Counted from the stretch's first letter, positions 47,759-54,973 are shown. The stretch: 64,000 nt of DNA from Stellaceae bacterium (GCA_035533255.1 DATLUE010000028.1:59-64058); one strand, 5' to 3'. The notes: a model not told the origin generated them from the sequence alone. Numbers and translations are program-made.

Positions 47759-49000
47759 ATGAAGCGCAGCACCGACCGCATCCTGACGACCCATACCGGC
47801 AGCCTGCCGCGGCCCAAGCCGCTCGCCGAGCTGCTCATGCGCAAGGATCGCGGCGATCCCTACGATGCGGCGGCACTGGCGCAAGCGGTGCGCGAAGCGG
47901 TTCTGGACGCGGTCCGCCGGCAAGTCGAGACCGGGATCGACATCGTCGACGATGGCGAGATGTCGAAGCCCGGCTATTCGACCTATATCGCCGACCGACT
48001 GACCGGCTTCGACGGCCACGCGCCGCGCAAGCCGCCGCTCGATACCGCCGGCTATCCCGAGTTCAACGCGGCGATGACGCGAATGACCGGGCCGCAGAGC
48101 TTGCGCCGCTCGACTTGCGTCGGGCCGGTCGCTCTGCGCGACCGTGCGCCGATCGATGAGGACGTTGCGAATCTTCGCGCGGCATTGGATGGCACGAACG
48201 CGGTCGAGGGCTTCATGACCGCGGCCTCGCCCGGCCTTGTGAGCGCGTTCCAGCCCAACGCTTTCTATCCGACGCACAAGGCGTATGTCGAAGCGGTCGC
48301 GGATGCCATGGCGGTGGAATATACGGCGATCCATCGCGCCGGCTTTGTGCTGCAGCTCGATTGCCCCGATCTCGCGATGGCGCATCACACCGGCTTCCAG
48401 GATTTGAGCGAGGCGGAGTTCTTGAAGCGCGCGCGCCAGCACGTCGAGATTCTCAATCACGCCGTGCGCGACATTCCGGCTGAGGCGATGCGGCTGCATA
48501 TCTGCTGGGGCAATTACGAGGGCCCGCACGATCACGACATCGCCCTCGCCAAGGTTGCGCCGATCCTCCTCAAGGCGAAGCCGGCGGCGCTGGTGATCGA
48601 GGCGGCCAATCCGCGCCACGAGCATGAATGGTCGCTGTGGCGCGAGGTGAAGCTGCCCGACGACAAGCTGCTGATCGCCGGCGTGCTCGACACCTCGACC
48701 AACTACGTCGAGCATCCCGAACTGGTGGCGGAGCGCTTGGAGCGCTTCGCCGGCATCGTCGGGCGCGAGCGCGTGATCGCCGGCACCGATTGCGGCTTCG
48801 GCACCTTCGCCGGCTACGGCAAGATCGATCCCGCGATCGCATTCAAGAAATTGCGCGCGATGGTCGAGGGCGCGGCGATTGCGTCGCGGCGGCTGTGGGC
48901 TAAGAAGCCCGCCAAACGCCGAACCCGAGCAAAAACGTCAGCTCGGAAGACGGCGGTGCCAGCGCGGCGCGCCAAATCCAAACAGCGCAAACGTCGCTAA
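47759..49000 (+). CDS. cobalamin-independent methionine synthase (MetE C-terminal)-like protein with a basic tail
   Basis: 413 aa. THTGSLPRP, DDGE and GTDCGF are MetE/UROD-like segments. The last roughly 35 aa are Lys/Arg/Ala-rich. Confidence 0.82.
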   Translation: MKRSTDRILTTHTGSLPRPKPLAELLMRKDRGDPYDAAALAQAVREAVLDAVRRQVETGIDIVDDGEMSKPGYSTYIADRLTGFDGHAPRKPPLDTAGYPEFNAAMTRMTGPQSLRRSTCVGPVALRDRAPIDEDVANLRAALDGTNAVEGFMTAASPGLVSAFQPNAFYPTHKAYVEAVADAMAVEYTAIHRAGFVLQLDCPDLAMAHHTGFQDLSEAEFLKRARQHVEILNHAVRDIPAEAMRLHICWGNYEGPHDHDIALAKVAPILLKAKPAALVIEAANPRHEHEWSLWREVKLPDDKLLIAGVLDTSTNYVEHPELVAERLERFAGIVGRERVIAGTDCGFGTFAGYGKIDPAIAFKKLRAMVEGAAIASRRLWAKKPAKRRTRAKTSARKTAVPARRAKSKQRKRR

Positions 49001-49006
49001 TCGTTT

Positions 49007-49014
49007 TGGATTTC
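49007..49014. repeat. target-site duplication, left copy (TGGATTTC)
   Basis: An identical 8-mer directly abuts the outer side of both terminal inverted repeats. Confidence 0.8.
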
Positions 49015-49031
49015 GGTAGTGTCCTAATTTG
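49015..49031 (+). repeat. left terminal inverted repeat GGTAGTGTCCTAATTTG
   Basis: Exact reverse complement of 51703-51719. Confidence 0.9.
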
Positions 49032-49356
49032 ACCTCTCGTGAGCGAATCCGGCCGCAGCCCACGAAAGCGCGATACCTAGCAGAAGCACGACGACAGGTC
49101 CGCCGATAGCAATCGCAACTTCTATCCAAACGGTGCTAGACGTTCCTGATGCCGGTGTTCCAGGCATGGTTATCGTCCAACCACCCTGTTCTATCGTTTT
49201 CCCAGGTACGTATTTCGCAAAAGGATTTACGTCATCTGTTTGCGTTGGCGTCAGTTGATGGTCCCGCCAATCGCTAATGGCATAAGCGCCAACAAGCGCA
49301 CACCAGATCACAGACGCCAGCACCCAAAGTCGCAAAAGCCCGCGCCGCCAGTTCAT
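49024..49356 (-). CDS. cargo ORF: 110-aa two-TM membrane protein
   Basis: MNWRRGLLRLWVLASVIWCALVGAYAI.. with a C-terminal TM. The ATG overlaps the upstream ORF stop (ATGA at 49353-49356). Its own stop TAG (49024-49026) lies inside the left IR. Confidence 0.55.
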   Translation of the reverse strand: MNWRRGLLRLWVLASVIWCALVGAYAISDWRDHQLTPTQTDDVNPFAKYVPGKTIEQGGWTITMPGTPASGTSSTVWIEVAIAIGGPVVVLLLGIALSWAAAGFAHERSN

Positions 49357-49652
49357 TTGCTTCTGTGCTCCGCCACGATTGCCGCCCGCACTGCCGCCTG
49401 GGGCGAATCTATCCCGCCCATATGCAGCACGGCAAAGAACCGGCGCTTGTCGCTTCCCTCGATAGGGGATGACCAAGCATAGGCGCGGGTCGCATGGGGA
49501 TTGCCGGCAAGGTCGAAGATATGAACCATGCCATCCCAGACCGTCGCGCCTTGAAACGTCTCCTTGACCGGCACCGATTGCAGCAAGCGGGCTTTGCCCC
49601 CGTGCTGACTTTCGACGGCGACCTTAAGTTCGTCGGGATCGACTTCGGCCAT
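49353..49652 (-). CDS. cargo ORF: 99-aa soluble hypothetical protein
   Basis: MAEVDPDELKVAVESQHGG..AYAWSSP..FFAVLHMGGIDSPQAAVRAAIV. Translationally coupled to the membrane ORF. No family recognised. Confidence 0.55.
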   Translation of the reverse strand: MAEVDPDELKVAVESQHGGKARLLQSVPVKETFQGATVWDGMVHIFDLAGNPHATRAYAWSSPIEGSDKRRFFAVLHMGGIDSPQAAVRAAIVAEHRSK

Positions 49653-49668
49653 CGCGCTCCTAGCGATT

Positions 49669-49686
49669 CTAAATTAAGACACTATC
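49669..49686 (+). repeat. internal degenerate copy of the right-end repeat
   Basis: CTAAATTAAGACACTATC against CCAAATTAGGACACTACC (51702-51719): 15 of 18 identical, same orientation. Confidence 0.55.
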
Positions 49687-49845
49687 TGCTATAAGAGCAG
49701 CGGCCACGCCCCCGGGGCGGCTACCCCGATGGCGCGGCCAGACCCGCTTAGTCTAATAACGCGCGTTCTTTACGCACTGAGCACCTCGCGATCTCCGGCC
49801 CCTACAGCCGGTCTGGTTTAGCGGTCACCAACCGCCGATAGATGA

Positions 49846-49882
49846 GGGCCACGGGACAATTCTCGTGGCCCGATTCTTTTTT
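49846..49882. terminator. hairpin with T-tract (terminator-like)
   Basis: GGGCCACG (49846-49853), 10-nt loop, CGTGGCCC (49864-49871), then GATTCTTTTTT on the + strand. Lies immediately downstream of the minus-strand HARE-HTH-like ORF, and the T-run overlaps that ORF's stop codon. Which strand it serves is unclear. Confidence 0.45.
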
Positions 49883-50435
49883 AGGCCGCCGTCTGCTTAT
49901 CGGTAGCTTCCTCAATCTCAGCGGCGTCGTCGCCGGCATCGACATCATCGCTTCCCGGCGCTTCTTTCGGCGCCCTAAGATTCGGATACCAAGACCGGAG
50001 TCCGTACTTTCCGTTCTGAAGCTTCGCGAAGGTTGTCGTGTTTTTGCGCAGCATGGTGCGGAGCACGACCATTGCCGTTGCGTCGTCCTTTGCGCCGGAT
50101 TGAAACCCGCCTTCTTTAAGCGCATCGAAGATTTCGCGAGTCGTGGCAGGTTTATCGCCGCCACTGGCCTTTCGCATTTCCAAATACTCGCGGACAGCGG
50201 CGCCCATCTTCTTTCCGGCAAAGCTATCAGATTGGAGCTTGATCGGTGCGCCACTAGACCCTGCACTACCCTCGGACGATGCCGATGACAAGCCGCCAGG
50301 ACGAGGCGGTAGGCCCGCTTTCGACCGCAAAACATTGATGCTCGTCAAAAGGGCGTTCGCTTGGCGTTCTAGGTCAACATAGTCCTGCTCCAGCGCATCT
50401 ATCGCGGGCTGGAACGCGCTTGCGGGATTCGTCAT
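49881..50435 (-). CDS. cargo ORF: 184-aa protein with a HARE-HTH-like winged-helix segment
   Basis: Start MTNPASAF at ATG 50435 (GAGGAGA upstream). The segment TTREIFDALKEGGF..VVLRTMLRKNTTTFAKLQNGKYGLRSWYP resembles HARE-HTH (recollection-based). Acidic tail. Confidence 0.58.
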   Translation of the reverse strand: MTNPASAFQPAIDALEQDYVDLERQANALLTSINVLRSKAGLPPRPGGLSSASSEGSAGSSGAPIKLQSDSFAGKKMGAAVREYLEMRKASGGDKPATTREIFDALKEGGFQSGAKDDATAMVVLRTMLRKNTTTFAKLQNGKYGLRSWYPNLRAPKEAPGSDDVDAGDDAAEIEEATDKQTAA

Positions 50436-50569
50436 GGTTCTCCTCGTCAGGCCGCATTCGGCCTCTGAGGTTTGGTATAGACAACATTTTTGAAGAATGC
50501 AAATAAAATGTTTGCGCCGACGAATCGAGGCGAATATAGTGTCTCCAGACGAGCGCATTGGAACCAGCT

Positions 50570-51361
50570 ATGAACCGCACCCCTCTCGGCCGCCGCACCC
50601 AGATTATTCACTCGCTAGTTGAAGGTAATTCGATCCGCTCAACCGAGAGGCTGACAGATACCCATCGTGACACGATTACCCGGTTGATGGATGAGCGCAT
50701 GCGGGACGTGCAGTCGCGCCGTATCCAGGTTGATGAAATCTGGACCTACGTGCAAAAGAAGCAGCGACACGTCACTCGCGAGGATGACACGCGCCGCGTC
50801 GGCGATCAGTGGATTTTCGTGGCACTCGACCCCGATACCAAGCTCGTTCCGGCCTACCTCGTCGGCAAGCGCCGCCGCTACGATGCGGTTACGTTCATGG
50901 CCGATCTATCCGAGCGGTTGGCGAACCGCGTACAGCTTTCGAGCGATGCCCTCAGGACCTACGTTGACGCGGTTGAACGCGCTTTCGGTGCCGATGTTGA
51001 TTACGGGCAGGCGGTTAAATTTTACGAAGCTGAACCGATTGGCCCAGGCCGCTACAGCCCTCCCAGGGTTATGAGCCAAGAAAAGACCTTGATCGCAGGC
51101 AGCCCCGATCACGCCCATATCTCGACCTCACTTGTTGAGCGGCAAAATCTCACGATGCGGATGAGCATGCGCCGCCTTACGCGGCTGACGAATGCCTTTA
51201 GCAAGAAGATCGAAAACTTGCGCGCGGCCACGTCGCTGCACTTCGCCTATTACAACTTCGCCCGCGTCCATAAGACACTGCGCACGTCGCCAGCAATGGC
51301 CGCAGGGATCGAAAACCGGCTATGGTCGCTAGAGGAATTGGTGGAACGGACTTCACGATAG
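50570..51361 (+). CDS. IS1-family-like DDE transposase
   Basis: 263 aa. N-terminal HTH (RTQIIHSLVEGNSIRSTERL), RIQVDEIW, and VERQNLTMRMSMRRLTRLTNAFSKK..LHFAYYNFARVHKTLR (compare IS1 InsB [25 protein letters not shown]). Confidence 0.85.
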   Translation: MNRTPLGRRTQIIHSLVEGNSIRSTERLTDTHRDTITRLMDERMRDVQSRRIQVDEIWTYVQKKQRHVTREDDTRRVGDQWIFVALDPDTKLVPAYLVGKRRRYDAVTFMADLSERLANRVQLSSDALRTYVDAVERAFGADVDYGQAVKFYEAEPIGPGRYSPPRVMSQEKTLIAGSPDHAHISTSLVERQNLTMRMSMRRLTRLTNAFSKKIENLRAATSLHFAYYNFARVHKTLRTSPAMAAGIENRLWSLEELVERTSR

Positions 51362-51373
51362 CGAGGCGGGAAA

Positions 51374-51676
51374 ATGGCCTTCAACAACGGCAAGCCCTAT
51401 CACGGTTCATCGACCGTACAAGGGGGAAAACTGACAGGGACAACCGACACCGATTATTTTTACTTTTATTGCCCGAATTGCCAAGACAACCATGTGATGC
51501 GGATTCTCGACTATGCCAGTCACGGGAAGGAAGAGGCCGGTGGGGCGAACTATCCTGACGTGAGGCCGAAACAAGCGCGCGATTTTGTCCTCGTATTCAA
51601 ACTCTATTGCCCCACCTGCAAACTTACTGATTTCGTTAAAATTGGGAACACCGGATGGCAGGGCGGGCGAGTATGA
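51374..51676 (+). CDS. cargo ORF: 100-aa zinc-ribbon protein
   Basis: CPNC..(38 aa)..CPTC. Starts 12 nt after the transposase stop and ends 27 nt before the right IR. Confidence 0.55.
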   Translation: MAFNNGKPYHGSSTVQGGKLTGTTDTDYFYFYCPNCQDNHVMRILDYASHGKEEAGGANYPDVRPKQARDFVLVFKLYCPTCKLTDFVKIGNTGWQGGRV

Positions 51677-51702
51677 CACCAGCGCACCAGCGCCCTCAAT
51701 CC

Positions 51703-51719
51703 CAAATTAGGACACTACC
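51703..51719 (-). repeat. right terminal inverted repeat
   Basis: CAAATTAGGACACTACC is the reverse complement of 49015-49031. Confidence 0.9.
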
Positions 51720-51727
51720 TGGATTTC
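51720..51727. repeat. target-site duplication, right copy (TGGATTTC)
   Basis: Identical to 49007-49014. Confidence 0.8.
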
Positions 51728-51734
51728 TATACGC

Positions 51735-51774
51735 TTGACATCGTACGATCTCAATCATACGCTGTCCGTATGAT
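51735..51774 (+). promoter_or_regulatory. putative higBA promoter and operator palindromes
   Basis: TTGACA (51735-51740), a 17-nt spacer, then TACGCT (51758-51763). Palindrome TCGTACGA (51741-51748). Inverted repeat ATCATACG (51754-51761) / CGTATGAT (51767-51774) spans the higB ATG. Confidence 0.45.
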
Positions 51775-52063
51775 CCGGTCCGTTCTAGGAACGCCAACGC
51801 GGCGTTTCGTAGAGAGGCGAAAATCGCCGTTCTCGGGAATGGACGAGAAGGTCGCACGCCGTCGTTTGGCCCAACTTGATGCGGCGACATCCTTGAATGC
51901 GTTCGGCCGGCTGAACAGTGTCGGCCTGCACAAACTGACGGGTAACCTGCGTGGGTTCTGGTCGGTCGATATCAACGGTCCCTGGCGTCTCCTGTTCAAG
52001 TTCCGCGACGGCGACGCTTACGAAGTTCATATCGCGGATACGCATAGATGGAAGCGGTCATGA
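51770..52063 (+). CDS. higB: HigB-like toxin (RelE/ParE superfamily, killer protein)
   Basis: 97 aa. ..LHKLTGNLRGFWSVDINGPWRLLFKFRDGDAYEVHIADTH resembles HigB (..LHPLKGDREGYWSI..NWRITF.F.NGDAY..). Confidence 0.88.
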   Translation: MIRSVLGTPTRRFVERRKSPFSGMDEKVARRRLAQLDAATSLNAFGRLNSVGLHKLTGNLRGFWSVDINGPWRLLFKFRDGDAYEVHIADTHRWKRS

Positions 52064-52380
52064 CGAAAGACAAAGCAGTTTTTGATTATCCAAACGGCAT
52101 CCCGCTCGCGCCGGTTCATCCCGGCGAAACCCTCGCCGAGGAAATGGCCGCAAGACGACTCTCGTCCAATGCTCTCGCGCTCAAGCTTCGTACGCCGGCG
52201 AACCGCATTACGGAAATTATCGCCGGTAAGCGGGGTATCAGCGCTGAGACGGCGCTCCGGCTTGGGCGCTATTTCGGAACCGGGGCACAATTCTGGGTCA
52301 ATTTGCAGGCGAGATACGAACTCGCGATTGCCGAGCAAGAACTCGGCGCGATTATTGCCCGCGAGGTCGAGGCGGCTTGA
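52060..52380 (+). CDS. higA: HigA antitoxin (XRE-type HTH)
   Basis: 106 aa from ATG 52060, which overlaps the higB stop (ATGA). VHPGETLAEE..RITEIIAGKRGISAETALRLGRYFGTGAQFWVNLQARYEL. Confidence 0.9.
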   Translation: MTKDKAVFDYPNGIPLAPVHPGETLAEEMAARRLSSNALALKLRTPANRITEIIAGKRGISAETALRLGRYFGTGAQFWVNLQARYELAIAEQELGAIIAREVEAA

Positions 52381-53319
52381 TTAGCGCGCGAGCCGGTAGC
52401 GCGAGCCGAGCAGCGGCGGCCCTTCGCAATCCACCCGCCGGGTCTCGACCAGCTCGATCAAATGCGCGAGCACCGAGCGGCCGGCGGCGGCGGTGAGCTT
52501 GGGGTCGAGCCCCCGATAGACGCGGGCGACGATCGCCGGAATGGTGTCGTCGCCGGCGGCGAGTGCTTTGAGGATTGCAGCGCTGCGCTCGTGGCGATGG
52601 GCGATGAAAGCTGCGACGAATGGCTTGGGCTGTGGGATCGACGGCCCATGCGTCGGCCAATAGAGCGCGTCGTCGCGATAGAGCAGCTTATTGAGCGAGC
52701 GCAGATAGGCCGCCATGTCGCCGTCGGGCGGCGCGATCACGCTGGTCGACCAGCCCATGACGTGATCGCCGGTGAAGAGCGTGCGCTCCTCGGCGAGCGC
52801 GAAGCACAGATGGTTCGAGGTATGGCCGGGCGTCTCGACCGCCGCGACGCGCCAGCCCGCGCCCTCGCCCCCTCCTTCGATCGTGTGGCCGTCGCGCAGC
52901 ACGACATCGGGAATGAAATCGCGGTCGCCGCCTTCCTCGGTGATGCCGCCGATGCGCTCTTCGGCGCGGCCAGGTTTATTGGGGGCATGGCCATGCGGCC
53001 CGAAGCCGTAGGTCTTGGCGCCAGTCGCCGCTTTGAGCGCCGCCGCTGCGGGCGAATGGTCGAGATGTGTGTGCGTGATGAGGATATGCGTCACGGTCTC
53101 GCCGTCGAGCGCCTGCAACAGCGCGTCGATGTGGTCCTGTTGCTTCGGGCCGGGATCGATCACCGCGACCTTGCCTTGGCCGACGACATAGGTTCCGGTG
53201 CCCTTGAAGGTGAACGGGCCGGGGTTGCGCGCGACGACGCGGCGGATCAGCGGGCTTAAGCGCTCGGCCCGCCCGTATTCGAAGGCAAAGTCGCGGCGGA
53301 AAGGGATTTCACCGGCCAT
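52381..53319 (-). CDS. MBL-fold metallo-hydrolase
   Basis: 312 aa from MAGEIPFRRDF. ITHTHLDH motif and TPGHTSNH. Confidence 0.88.
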   Translation of the reverse strand: MAGEIPFRRDFAFEYGRAERLSPLIRRVVARNPGPFTFKGTGTYVVGQGKVAVIDPGPKQQDHIDALLQALDGETVTHILITHTHLDHSPAAAALKAATGAKTYGFGPHGHAPNKPGRAEERIGGITEEGGDRDFIPDVVLRDGHTIEGGGEGAGWRVAAVETPGHTSNHLCFALAEERTLFTGDHVMGWSTSVIAPPDGDMAAYLRSLNKLLYRDDALYWPTHGPSIPQPKPFVAAFIAHRHERSAAILKALAAGDDTIPAIVARVYRGLDPKLTAAAGRSVLAHLIELVETRRVDCEGPPLLGSRYRLAR

Positions 53320-54356
53320 GCCCTCGGCCTTATCCCAAGCTTGCGCTCTTGCCAAGCCCCGCGCGGCTTCAGGCGCAGCGCGCGCTTCTCGACCAAATGC
53401 CAGGAGAGGAACGCCAGCGCGCCGGCGAGCAGCGTCGCAAGCGGGAAAAGCTGCCACCAGGCGGCGTGGCCATGCATCAGCCAGATCACGAATTCCTCGG
53501 ACGGCCAGCCGAAAATATAGAGGCCATAGGACAGGTCGCCGAAACGCGTCGCCGGGATGATCGGCAGCCGCGGATGCAGCGCGACGTAGAGCGCGAGATA
53601 GCAGCCAAACAGCGGGAATAGCAGAATGAACTGCCGCAGCGGAATGCTGGCCGCGAGCCCGAGCAGCGCCGCGAGCGCGACGTATTTGTTGAAGACGCGG
53701 GTGTCGCGCAGCTTGTAGAGCCCCATGCCCGAAGCAAAGAAGCTCAAGGTCCAGCCCCAACCGCCGAGGAAGCTCAGCGCATCGAAATGGATGCAGGCCA
53801 TGCCGAGCGCGAGCAGCAACAGGCACACCGGCAGGCGCAGCAGGCGCAGCATGCCGAGGACCAGCACCATCAGGTACATGTCGAACTCGCAGCCGAGCGA
53901 CCACAGCGAGCCGTTGACCTCGAGCCCAGTGGCATTGTCGACGAACATCACGCCCGGCAGCTCGTGGACCCGCCCGTCAAAGAAGGAATTGTAGAAGAGA
54001 TAACGATAGGGCTCGGGGCGGTGGAGATAGTCGCCAAGCGGCAGGGTGGTGACGATCGGGCCCAGCACGAGCGCGGTCAGCGCCAGCACGACCAGATAGG
54101 CCGGAAAGATGCGCAGCACCCGCTTGATCAGATAGCGCAGCGGCGAGCTGGTCTGCTCGAAGCTCTGGGTGATCAGGAAGCCGCTGACGGCGAAGAACAC
54201 GAACACCCCGGCGAGGCCGAGCATGGATTGATTGCCGGTCAGGATGTTCAGCGGATCGCTCGCCTCGACGCCTTGCGCGATGAAGAATGCGTGTGAGAGA
54301 ATCACCGACAGGGCGGCGAGGAGGCGAAGCGCGTCGAAATTATTCCGCCGATTCAT
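53256..54356 (-). CDS. acyltransferase family 3 (membrane O-acyltransferase)
   Basis: 366 aa. N-terminus NFDALRLLAALSVILSH, about 10 TM. Its 3' end overlaps the MBL gene start by 64 nt. Confidence 0.88.
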   Translation of the reverse strand: MNRRNNFDALRLLAALSVILSHAFFIAQGVEASDPLNILTGNQSMLGLAGVFVFFAVSGFLITQSFEQTSSPLRYLIKRVLRIFPAYLVVLALTALVLGPIVTTLPLGDYLHRPEPYRYLFYNSFFDGRVHELPGVMFVDNATGLEVNGSLWSLGCEFDMYLMVLVLGMLRLLRLPVCLLLLALGMACIHFDALSFLGGWGWTLSFFASGMGLYKLRDTRVFNKYVALAALLGLAASIPLRQFILLFPLFGCYLALYVALHPRLPIIPATRFGDLSYGLYIFGWPSEEFVIWLMHGHAAWWQLFPLATLLAGALAFLSWHLVEKRALRLKPRGAWQERKLGIRPRAWPVKSLSAATLPSNTGGPSA

Positions 54357-54973
54357 CCCGCAGGCGGCTTCATCGCCACCGAGAACATCACCGTCGGCAG
54401 CATCTCGCGGATCGCGGCCCGAAGGCTCGCCTCGTCGGTGCCTTCGGCCGCGGCGATCGCGCCGCGCGGATTGCGCTTGAGGACCGTCGCGATCGCTCGT
54501 CCGGCCGAATTCGAGCTCAAGGTCACGAACACTTCGGCGGGATCGACGCGGGTAAGAGTCTTGGCGAGCGCGGCACGGCCCTTCTCGGTGTCGAGATCAT
54601 GCGCCGGCAGCTCGCCCGATTGCGGTACCGGATCGGGCGGCACCGCCGCGTCGATCGCCTCGACCGGCTGATGGCGGGCAAAGCGCTGGAAGATCGCGCG
54701 ACCCTCGGCGGTGTCGATGCGGAATTGCAGCTCCCAGGTCTCGCCGCGCGCGGCCAGCTCGCTGATCAGCGCGAACAGGTCGTCGCAATCGGCGTCATGG
54801 CTGCAGGTGATGAAGGCAAAGCGGCCTTCATGCTCGATCACGCGATCGTCATTCTCGGCAAAGCCGAGCTCGTCCAAGGCGTTAACGAGCGCGCGCTCCG
54901 AGGCGACGAGCAACGTGCTGACATGCAGCCGGGCGGTTTCGCGTGACGGATCGACGGCATCCATGAGCCTCAC
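54353..54973 (-). CDS. hypothetical protein (206 aa)
   Basis: The stop overlaps the acyltransferase ATG (ATGA). No family recognised. The start may be ATG 54964. Confidence 0.5.
   Translation of the reverse strand: MRLMDAVDPSRETARLHVSTLLVASERALVNALDELGFAENDDRVIEHEGRFAFITCSHDADCDDLFALISELAARGETWELQFRIDTAEGRAIFQRFARHQPVEAIDAAVPPDPVPQSGELPAHDLDTEKGRAALAKTLTRVDPAEVFVTLSSNSAGRAIATVLKRNPRGAIAAAEGTDEASLRAAIREMLPTVMFSVAMKPPAG

Larger units (their letters stand above)
49015..51719 (+). mobile_element. IS1-family-like transposon with cargo genes (2705 bp)
   Basis: Perfect 17-bp terminal IRs, an 8-bp direct duplication, an internal IS1-like DDE transposase ORF and lower G+C than the flanks. Confidence 0.85.

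Noticed and set aside
50533-50550. ATATAGTGTCTCCAGACG just upstream of the transposase, considered as a degenerate inner left IR of a shorter ancestral IS.
   Set aside because: It shares only 7-9 nt (TAGTGTC / ATAGTGTCT) with the end repeats. That is suggestive but too weak to call.
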